DNA of 64,000 nt from positions 88,903 to 152,902 of the forward strand of contig CAZKHX010000002.1 in NCBI GenBank assembly GCA_964552755.1, written 5' to 3'. This stretch comes from Candidatus Micrarchaeota archaeon (GTDB lineage: Archaea > Micrarchaeota > Micrarchaeia > Anstonellales > Bilamarchaeaceae). The notes below the pieces were generated by a model that saw only the letters and a list, made by a program, of their open reading frames with translations, searched no databases and was not told where the DNA came from. The position numbers and the translations under genes are program-made. This document shows, piece after piece, positions 1 to 7,282 of this stretch. Numbering within the stretch: position 1 is the stretch's first letter; each line of letters opens with the position of its first letter.

Positions 1-330
1 CGAAAACGTCACTCCGAGCGGCACCCCAGCCTCAACGAACCCTACGAATATAGGAACTGCGGAGCATGAGCAGAAAGGCGTAGGAACCCCGAGCAGGGCT
101 GCAAGCAGGTTTCCGTATCCTTCCCTCTTTTCCCCCAGGATTTTCCTGATCCTGTCCCTCGTTATGTACGTCCTGAGTATGGATATGAGGAATACTATCA
201 TCACGAGCAGAAGCAATACCTTTATCGTGTCGTATATGAAAAAGTTCAGGGTTTCTGCCAGCGGGGCCCCTTCCTGCAGCCCCATTATTCTGTAGACAAT
301 CCACGAAGCGAAACCCTCAAGCGCTCCCAT
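1..330 (-). CDS. Predicted permease, COG0701/ArsP-like family (first 110 codons only; gene continues beyond window start)
   Basis: Manual minus-strand translation from ATG at 330: MGALEGFASWIVYRIMGLQEGAPLAETLNFFIYDTIKVLLLLVMIVFLISILRTYITRDRIRKILGEKREGYGNLLAALLGVPTPFCSCSAVPIFVGFVEAGVPLGVTFS. It is open to position 1, with a TM helix plus the TPFCSCSAVP motif typical of this permease family. The ATG overlaps the arsR stop (TGATG). It is absent from the ORF track because it has no stop inside the window. Confidence 0.55.
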   Translation of the reverse strand, partial: MGALEGFASWIVYRIMGLQEGAPLAETLNFFIYDTIKVLLLLVMIVFLISILRTYITRDRIRKILGEKREGYGNLLAALLGVPTPFCSCSAVPIFVGFVEAGVPLGVTFS

Positions 331-578
331 CACCATCCCTCGATGTCCCTCAGTACCTTCCTTCCCCTTTCCGTAACCGAATAGAGAATCTTCGCCCCGT
401 CCCTCCTTGATCTCACAAGGCCCGCTTTTTTGAGAATCTTGAGATGCTGGGATATGGCCGGCTGCGTTTTCCTGGCCAGCACAGGGAGCTTGCATGCGCA
501 TATTTCGCCTTTTCCCACCTCCACCAGCATCCTTATCCTTGTCTCGCTCGATATCGCCCTGGTTATATTAGTATTCAC
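330..578 (-). CDS. ArsR/SmtB-family winged-helix transcriptional regulator
   Basis: 82 aa. It has the ICACKL metal-site-like motif and the QPAISQHLKILKKAGLV recognition helix characteristic of ArsR. A TATA-like TTTAAATATA (minus strand) lies about 25 nt upstream of the ATG. Confidence 0.85.
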   Translation of the reverse strand: MNTNITRAISSETRIRMLVEVGKGEICACKLPVLARKTQPAISQHLKILKKAGLVRSRRDGAKILYSVTERGRKVLRDIEGW

Positions 579-666
579 GAATATAAGTATAAAATGATAT
601 ATTTAAAAGACCCACCGGCACCGCACCCCCGAATACCTTTATAACCTCTTATTGCGATTTTACGGC

Positions 667-2202
667 ATGAAGCCCCTCGGCACAGTGATTTCCACCGAAG
701 AAAACCCCACCACAGTGGACTTCGCATTCGTCCTTGAAAAAGAAGCAGGAGTGAAGAAGAACCAGTTCGTGCAGACCATGAACCACGAAGGCACGGTCTT
801 CGGCCTGCTGAAGGAAATCACGCGCGCAAACCGCTACTTCGAGCGCGCGGAATCCGTTGCCGAATATGAAAAGGAAGGCCCAATCTCCGCGCATTTCCCG
901 GTTGATTCATGGGAATATACCGTTGGCGAAGTGAAAATCCTCGGCCTCATGCTCGAGCAGGATGGGAGGTACCGCAACTGGCGCGTCTCCCTCCCCCCGT
1001 CCCCAGGCGCAAAAGTCCTCCCGGCGCCCGACCGCATGCTTAAGGATTTCGTCGGCTTCAGGGAGAATGGCCTCATGCTCGGCAAGCTCCAGAACCACAA
1101 CGTTGACGCAAAAATAGACATGACGCGCCTGCTCCAGAAGCACCTTGCGGTGCTTGCGCAGTCCGGCGCGGGGAAAAGCCACACGGTTGCGGTGATGCTG
1201 GAGGAGCTCCTGGGCCGCAAGGCCGAGGACGGCAGGATATCCGTAGTGATAATAGACATTCACGGAGAATATGCCGGCTTCAAGTCCGACCCCAGCTATT
1301 CAAAGAAAACCCGCATAATCATGGGCAGGGACATCTCGGTCCCGTTCTCCCACCTCTCGCCCGGCATGCTCGGCACATGGTTCCCGAACATGAGCGGCCC
1401 GGCAAGGCAGGAAGTTGCGAAAATCCTCAAGGCACTGCATTCCGAATCGAAAACAAGCAGGCAGCTCTTCGGCCTCAAAGACCTCATCGACCGCGTGCTT
1501 TCTTCAGGAATCCACCAGAACGTCAAAGGCACCATCCTCCGCGACCTGTACGAGCTTCAGGCGATGCGCTTCATCCACCCGTCCAAGCAAAAGCCCAACC
1601 TCTACGAGGCGGTGAAACCCGGCGAGATGCTCGTGCTCGACCTTTCCGACCTGGACGAAGCAACCAAGAAGAAGATGCTGGTCACCTACATCGCCTCCCG
1701 CCTCTTCAAACTGAGGAAGAAAGAGAAAATCCCGCCTTTCCTTTTGGTAGTGGAGGAGGCGCACAATTTCGCCCCGGAAAAGGTGAAGATGGCGCATTCC
1801 CCCTCCAAGTCCATAATAGAGAAAATCGCAAGGGAGGGCAGGAAGTTCGGCGCAGCCCTGTGCGTGGTTTCCCAGCGCCCTGTCCAGCTCAGCACGACCA
1901 CGCTCAGCCAGTGCAACACCCACCTCATCCTACGCGTCACCAACCCCAACGACCTGGACCACATAGGCAAGAGCTCGGAGGGAATAGATTCCACCATGCT
2001 CCGCTCGATAACCGGCCTTAAGGTCGGCGAGGGCATAATCGTTGGCGAAGCGGTCAACTATCCAATCTTCGTGGAAATCCGCGACCGCAAATCAAAGAAA
2101 ATGGAGAAGGGCAGGCCCCTCCACGAGCAGGCAATTTCCTTCGAGAAGGAGGAACGCAGGAAGGAAGAGGAGGAAGACGAGGAGCTGGAAGCGTTCCTCT
2201 GA
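667..2202 (+). CDS. HerA-like (FtsK/HerA superfamily, DUF87-type) P-loop ATPase
   Basis: Walker A LAQSGAGKSHTVAV, Walker B LLVVEEAHNFAP, an N-terminal HAS-barrel-like region and an acidic C-terminal tail. Start moved from the TTG at 652 to the ATG at 667, which lies 26 nt downstream of TATA-like CCTTTATAACC (636-646). Confidence 0.8.
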   Translation: MKPLGTVISTEENPTTVDFAFVLEKEAGVKKNQFVQTMNHEGTVFGLLKEITRANRYFERAESVAEYEKEGPISAHFPVDSWEYTVGEVKILGLMLEQDGRYRNWRVSLPPSPGAKVLPAPDRMLKDFVGFRENGLMLGKLQNHNVDAKIDMTRLLQKHLAVLAQSGAGKSHTVAVMLEELLGRKAEDGRISVVIIDIHGEYAGFKSDPSYSKKTRIIMGRDISVPFSHLSPGMLGTWFPNMSGPARQEVAKILKALHSESKTSRQLFGLKDLIDRVLSSGIHQNVKGTILRDLYELQAMRFIHPSKQKPNLYEAVKPGEMLVLDLSDLDEATKKKMLVTYIASRLFKLRKKEKIPPFLLVVEEAHNFAPEKVKMAHSPSKSIIEKIAREGRKFGAALCVVSQRPVQLSTTTLSQCNTHLILRVTNPNDLDHIGKSSEGIDSTMLRSITGLKVGEGIIVGEAVNYPIFVEIRDRKSKKMEKGRPLHEQAISFEKEERRKEEEEDEELEAFL

Positions 2203-2291
2203 CGTTTTCTCCGGGAGCGCCCCAAGGAATACGTTTATAAACTCTTACTACCACTATATTATCACAATTTGACACAGCATAGCTGGTATTT

Positions 2292-4673
2292 ATGGCACAC
2301 AAACTAATGGGGCCCAAAGCAAGGGGCGCCCAGACCGCAGCCGGGAAAATGCAGGGGCAGAACCTCGCTTCCGAGACGGAGGCAAAGCTCAGGCCCACCC
2401 AGATGGGCCTTTCCTTTGATTCCGAGCAGAAAGCAGTCGCAAACCGCCTCCTGCACACGTTCTTCATCGCTCCGGAGAAGTGGGAGAATGCAATCAATTC
2501 CGAGCTCGCGAAGTGCCCGGAAAACCAGAGGGAGCATTTCCTCAAGTGGCTTGCAAGGAGCCCGTTCTCAAGGACCCCCTCCAACTGGAGCAGGGAGGAC
2601 ATCCCCCGGTTCCTCAGGGGCAGGGTGGACACCCCGCTCGACGAGCTGAGGTACCGCCTCGAGCTGTTCATAAGCTGCTGCGACCCCACTGCCGAGCGCA
2701 GTGTCGTGCAGCACACCCAGCAGAAGCACACCCTCCTGGAATTCCCCGGGGCAGTCACGTTCATTGACCAGTCCAACTCCACCAAGATGGCCCGCGGCAA
2801 GGGCGCGAAGGAGCTTTCCGCGGTCACCGACTGGATGCACCTCTACCTCCGCGCGGCGAGCATCCCCTTCCGCACCATGAAGGACGTGCTGGTGGGCGAC
2901 GCCCTATCAGGAGTGAATATCGCGCCCGAAGGCAACATGGTAGCTTGCGCGACCGACGCCGCGAGGTTCCTGGTGACCGTGCGTGCGTTCTTCCGCCTGC
3001 ACAACGAAATCGTGGACTACGAGCTTGAGCATTACGGCCACTCCCGCTCGACCAAGATAAACGTGAGGAGCGCGCTCGCGCTCAGCGACCCCTCCCTCGG
3101 CAACATAGTCATCAACAAGAACGACCTCCAGCCGCTCGCGGTCTGCGACGTGATGAACTTCGCGGCGCGCATTTCCGGGGTTCCGCAGGAGGGCCAGATA
3201 ATCGTCTCCAAGGAGGCAAGGAAGCACCTCAACCCGTTCTTCATACTCGAGAGGATAGACCCAGGGGAGAGCATAAAGGCCCTTCTCCGGAAGACCGAAG
3301 AAGGGCTTGAGCCCCTCATGCACTCCAGCCCGAAGAACAAGGCGGAGCTGATGCAGAAGCTTGAGCTGCTCTACACTGCGGCGAGGCTGAACTACCTGCT
3401 CTTCGACATATTCGAGAGGCCGAACATAAAGGACGCCGACATGGAGAAAGAAGAGCCGCCCTTCCTTTCCCAGAAGGAACTCTACATGCGCGAGTTTGAG
3501 AAGGCGGCCGTGGAAGGCCTCAAGGGCAAGATTGTCACCGAAGGGGAATACCTCGATGGCGTCCAGCAGGTGAAATTCGACGTCGAGAGGGAATTCGCGA
3601 AGGAGCAGTACTCCAAGAGGCCGAAGTTCAAGGGCTACGACGAGGAGCAGCTGAACGAGCTGTACATCCTGGTGGACTACCGCACCTTCAGGAGCGACAG
3701 GATGTCTGCGCCGCCCACCTCCCGCTTCGAATCGCTTTATCTCCACAGGCTCCCTGCGGAGGAGAGGGAGCAGATGACCGGCGCGGAGAAGAACGCCGAC
3801 GACATGAAGCTTTGCGCGATAGAGCAGTTCGTCGACGACGTTGCAAAGGCGTACGGCATCCCCACGAAGACCAACTTCAACCCGCTCGCTTCCGCGTACG
3901 TGATGTACACCATGCAGATGACGGGCGCACCCGCCTTCGCCTACAACGTTGCCACCAGGGCGGCCGGAGTAATGCTCTATACGCTCGAGCACATGCAGAA
4001 GAACTGGGGCCGCCAGCCCGACCAGTACCTCACCCAGCTGCAGGGCAAGCTCGTGGATCTCGGCGTATTCGACGGCGAGGGCAACATCAACGAGGAGAAG
4101 CTCAAGGACTACCTCGCAAAAGACGTCATCCTGCCCGCGCTCTCCGCGGAGTTCGGCCTCATGAAGATGTTCGACGACAGGGAGCAGTTCGACGCGTTCC
4201 TACGCACCGAAGCGACCGCCCGCCTCATGGGCCGCAAGATTTACTACGTGAACCAGGAGCAGGGCGAGGACGTCGCGGACGACATAATCAACATGCATCT
4301 CGTCTCCAGGAGCCTGCTCGAGGGCATGAACGCACGCTGCAGGGAAAGCGGAAACCCCGAGCCCATCCCCCAGGAAACCCTTTCCGTGCTGGAGAGGATT
4401 TCATTTAGCGAGAAGAACAGGGGCATCGAGGCGGCGAACGGAGACGAGCACGACCTCGCGGCGCAGGCAATTGTGATGTGCAGGATAATCGAGACCGACC
4501 GCCACAGGAAGGCGTTCGAGAGCGAGAGGCCGCCCCAGAACTGGGTCTCCATCTACGATGACGACATAAAGGGGACTAACGGAGTGGTCTACCCCCATCT
4601 CGCGACCGTCTTCAGGGAGCTCTTCCTCCTCACCGCGGACGGCAAGCGGGTGAAAGGGGAGCTTCTCCAGTAG
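2292..4673 (+). CDS. Large protein with a class III nucleotidyl (adenylyl/guanylyl) cyclase-homology domain (about aa 150-325) and an unassigned 470-aa C-terminal region
   Basis: Motif pattern matches the class III cyclase fold: AVTFIDQSNSTKMA (F-x-D metal Asp), VLVGDALSGV (G-D-A second metal Asp), INVRSALALSD, and CDVMNFAARISGVPQEGQIIVSKEARKHL (N-x3-R plus the 'pgqIlvs' strand). Recognised by eye only. Confidence 0.6.
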   Translation: MAHKLMGPKARGAQTAAGKMQGQNLASETEAKLRPTQMGLSFDSEQKAVANRLLHTFFIAPEKWENAINSELAKCPENQREHFLKWLARSPFSRTPSNWSREDIPRFLRGRVDTPLDELRYRLELFISCCDPTAERSVVQHTQQKHTLLEFPGAVTFIDQSNSTKMARGKGAKELSAVTDWMHLYLRAASIPFRTMKDVLVGDALSGVNIAPEGNMVACATDAARFLVTVRAFFRLHNEIVDYELEHYGHSRSTKINVRSALALSDPSLGNIVINKNDLQPLAVCDVMNFAARISGVPQEGQIIVSKEARKHLNPFFILERIDPGESIKALLRKTEEGLEPLMHSSPKNKAELMQKLELLYTAARLNYLLFDIFERPNIKDADMEKEEPPFLSQKELYMREFEKAAVEGLKGKIVTEGEYLDGVQQVKFDVEREFAKEQYSKRPKFKGYDEEQLNELYILVDYRTFRSDRMSAPPTSRFESLYLHRLPAEEREQMTGAEKNADDMKLCAIEQFVDDVAKAYGIPTKTNFNPLASAYVMYTMQMTGAPAFAYNVATRAAGVMLYTLEHMQKNWGRQPDQYLTQLQGKLVDLGVFDGEGNINEEKLKDYLAKDVILPALSAEFGLMKMFDDREQFDAFLRTEATARLMGRKIYYVNQEQGEDVADDIINMHLVSRSLLEGMNARCRESGNPEPIPQETLSVLERISFSEKNRGIEAANGDEHDLAAQAIVMCRIIETDRHRKAFESERPPQNWVSIYDDDIKGTNGVVYPHLATVFRELFLLTADGKRVKGELLQ

Positions 4674-4713
4674 AGCAATCCTCTTTAAGTTTTCCCCATC
4701 TCTTATTTATCGT

Positions 4714-6054
4714 ATGCGCTCGCTTTTGCTTTGTTTGCTGCTTTTCAGCTTCATTGCTTCGGCTGCCGTGCCGCCCGAAGCCCCTGAAAAGCTGCAGCAG
4801 GTGCAGCAAGAACACGCACTTGCTCCGGAGCCGGCCCAGAGCGAGCTCCTCCGGGCAGAAGGGGCACCGGTAAAACTAAGCCCGGAATCCATGGAAAAGA
4901 TTGCCGCCGTAGAGCGCGCAATCGTGCACAGCTTCCCAGAGCCCACCCTGCGGGGCGTCGTCTCCTCCCGCGGCTACCTCGTGATGGGCGAGGATGTTTC
5001 CATCCTTGAAAAGGCGCTTGTCGCCAGCCTTGCCCAGCGCGATGCCGTTTTCTCCGCATTCCGCAAGGTGCCCGGCCCGGAAGAGGCGGAAAAGCTTCTT
5101 GTGGGCGAGAACTTCATTCTAGTGATAGGCGGCCCGTCCCAGAACGAGTTCGCGGCGGAACTCGAAAAGCAGGGCCTTGCAACGGACGAGCAGGTTCTCG
5201 ATGAAGGCATGATACTCCGCAGCGGGGAGCTCCCCTCCGGCGCGGAATTCCTCATAGTTTCCGACAAGCGGGGCTACATGAACGTGCGCAAGGAGGGGCT
5301 CTACAGCTCCCCCCTCGCCTCTTTTCTGCCCCACTGGGCGGTCGCCCCCGCTGCGTTCCTGCTATCGGTCCTCGGCCTTGCCGCAATCCCGGTCATCCGC
5401 ATCTATCTCGCGGGCATCTTCAAGTCCAAGGAAAAGCCGACCAAGGGGAAGCCCGAGCCCGAGGCTCCGGGCATACAGCTGTTCGGGGTAAGGGTGCGCT
5501 ACCAGGAGGTATTCTCGGTCTTCATAGGCGCATTCGTCTATGGCATGGGCGTCGCCTACCTGTTCACCGGGCTTAGCTGGGACATTCTCCTCATGGGCAT
5601 CGCCTCCGTAATCTTCGTCGCAATCCTATACTACCTCCGCTCCCTCACCCGCTGGATATTGGACAGGCGCCACGGCACCGACTCGGAATACGTGGTCTGG
5701 AAGACCGGCAGCGCGCTCTGCTGGGCAACGGCGCTCTGCGGCTTCACCCTCCAAACGCCCGGCTTCGAGGTGGACGAGGTTCCGGAGGAGAAGAGGCCCC
5801 ATTCCGCGAAGATGAAGCTCGCAGTGCTGGGCATGGCGATGGCGGTCGCCCTCATAATATTCGCCATCAATTTCCTCTGGCCCCACCCTTGGCTCCAGGC
5901 CTACATGTGCGTCGCCTCGGCAATCGCGGTGACCGAAATACTGCCGTTCAAGCCCATGCCCGGCGCAGACATCAAGTCCTGGGATGGCAAGGTGTGGGCA
6001 TTTACATTTTTCACCTTCATCCCCACCTATTTCCTGATAAACTTCCTGCTTTGA
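4714..6054 (+). CDS. Secreted/membrane protein, unknown family (signal peptide + soluble domain + C-terminal multi-TM domain)
   Basis: 446 aa. It has signal peptide MRSLLLCLLLFSFIASAAVP, a roughly 190-aa soluble part and then about 6 hydrophobic helices. TATA-like CTTTAAGTTTT lies 21-31 nt upstream of the ATG. A T5 tract follows the stop. Confidence 0.6.
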   Translation: MRSLLLCLLLFSFIASAAVPPEAPEKLQQVQQEHALAPEPAQSELLRAEGAPVKLSPESMEKIAAVERAIVHSFPEPTLRGVVSSRGYLVMGEDVSILEKALVASLAQRDAVFSAFRKVPGPEEAEKLLVGENFILVIGGPSQNEFAAELEKQGLATDEQVLDEGMILRSGELPSGAEFLIVSDKRGYMNVRKEGLYSSPLASFLPHWAVAPAAFLLSVLGLAAIPVIRIYLAGIFKSKEKPTKGKPEPEAPGIQLFGVRVRYQEVFSVFIGAFVYGMGVAYLFTGLSWDILLMGIASVIFVAILYYLRSLTRWILDRRHGTDSEYVVWKTGSALCWATALCGFTLQTPGFEVDEVPEEKRPHSAKMKLAVLGMAMAVALIIFAINFLWPHPWLQAYMCVASAIAVTEILPFKPMPGADIKSWDGKVWAFTFFTFIPTYFLINFLL

Positions 6055-6089
6055 CTTTTCTGCCATTTTTAAATGTTTCGCAAAAACCC

Positions 6090-6162
6090 CTCCGACGGCT
6101 ACCGTCTTCCCGTCTGAAGCCCCACCGAATAGCCGCTATTCGGAGAATGCCTTACGTCGGAG
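6090..6162 (+). ncRNA. Candidate structured RNA element (nested stems)
   Basis: Outer stem CTCCGACG (6090-6097) pairs with CGTCGGAG (6155-6162). It encloses a perfect 8-bp hairpin, CCGAATAG (6125-6132) / CTATTCGG (6136-6143). The element lies in a 234-nt intergenic gap downstream of TTTTTAAAT (6066-6074). No known RNA family recognised and the strand is uncertain. Confidence 0.2.
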
Positions 6163-6204
6163 AGCTCCAGCCTTTATATTTACTTGCCCCCATAATCCTC
6201 TTCC

Positions 6205-6280
6205 ACGGGCAGGCGAACACTACTGGTTGCCGTCTCAATCACAACCGGTCACCTCCGCCTTGCCCGTTTTCCCTATTTTT
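6205..6280 (+). ncRNA. Candidate small RNA or 5'-leader hairpin with U-tract
   Basis: TATA-like CTTTATATTT (6172-6181) lies about 24 nt upstream of a long hairpin. The basal stem pairs 6205-6215 with 6256-6267 (11 bp, one bulge) and the apical stem pairs 6223-6229 with 6242-6248 (7 bp). T-tracts follow at 6267-6270 and 6276-6280, 9 nt before the ATG at 6289. Confidence 0.25.
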
Positions 6281-6288
6281 GCAAATCC

Positions 6289-7227
6289 ATGGGGCTTTAT
6301 AAACTGCTTAATACACTATATATAACTGGTGGGACCGTGGGAGCAAAACTCGCCGCCCCCGAGAAGGCGCGGCAGCCGAAGAGGGAGCGGACCAAGTCCG
6401 AGCAGTTCCGGGCACTCCAGCTGGAGCCGCCCAAGGCACTTTCCCTGCCCGCCACCGCTGATTACCACCGCATAGAAAAAAAGTTCGCAAAGAGCGGAAG
6501 CGGCCGCACCCCTGTGCCAATAGTGCAGGACACCGACCGCATCGCCACTGAAACCTACGAAGACATAATAATGGGCAGGATGCTCCCTGCAGGCCCCGGG
6601 CTCCCGGAGATGGAGAAGCCCTTCCACGAGGATCTCATGAAGAGCCTCAAGTCCGCAATAGACCAGCTCATACTCCTCCTCGACCAGTACAATACCGCTT
6701 CCCTCACGCTCAAGCGCAGGTTCAGGCGCCGCGTAAAGGAAACATGGGATGAGCTCCCCAAGCTCGCAACTGTGGCCCACAAGGCCGCCGCAAAAGTCGC
6801 AGGCATAGGCATATTCGGCTCCTTGTGGGGCGCAGTCTACCTTGCAATCAACCAATATGTCTCCCAGCCGGTCGCCCTAATAATCACCGCAGGCGCCGCG
6901 TTCGTGGGCTTTTTCGCGGCCAACCGCACAACCGCGAAGTTCGCTGCGCCATGGCTGCGCGCATTTGACGAATGGCAGTTTGGCGCTCGCCTGTCCATTG
7001 TGCGCTGGAGATATTCCCGCAAGAAGGTAAAGAAGCTCCAGGCCCTTGCCACCGTGGTGCGGGATGAAATCTCGCGCGTGCACGACCAGAAGCCGCCCCA
7101 GACCAAGGAGGGGCGCAAACTCATGGAGGCAGCGATAAAAGAGCAGAACCGCACGATAAAAGAGCTCTGCTCCACCCTGCCCAACCCCCGCGAGCCCAAG
7201 AATCCCGACTACGAAATCTCCGGCTGA
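6289..7227 (+). CDS. Hypothetical membrane-associated protein
   Basis: 312 aa. It has a basic N-terminus, a central pair of hydrophobic helices (GIGIFGSLWGAVYLAINQYV, ALIITAGAAFVGFFAA) and a basic/coiled C-terminus. No family recognised. Confidence 0.5.
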   Translation: MGLYKLLNTLYITGGTVGAKLAAPEKARQPKRERTKSEQFRALQLEPPKALSLPATADYHRIEKKFAKSGSGRTPVPIVQDTDRIATETYEDIIMGRMLPAGPGLPEMEKPFHEDLMKSLKSAIDQLILLLDQYNTASLTLKRRFRRRVKETWDELPKLATVAHKAAAKVAGIGIFGSLWGAVYLAINQYVSQPVALIITAGAAFVGFFAANRTTAKFAAPWLRAFDEWQFGARLSIVRWRYSRKKVKKLQALATVVRDEISRVHDQKPPQTKEGRKLMEAAIKEQNRTIKELCSTLPNPREPKNPDYEISG

Positions 7228-7282
7228 GCCACCGGAAATGCACCCTCATTTTCTTTAAAAGCATCATTCCCGCGCTAAATCC

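Noticed and set aside
32-304. 90-aa minus-strand ORF at the window start
   Set aside because: Its composition (R/G/P-rich) is not protein-like. A different minus frame, open to the window edge, encodes a convincing COG0701-type permease N-terminus coupled to arsR.
2907-3992. 361-aa minus-strand ORF and the other minus ORFs between 2054 and 4600
   Set aside because: They lie antisense to the 793-aa cyclase-domain gene and have R/L/V/G-rich shadow composition.
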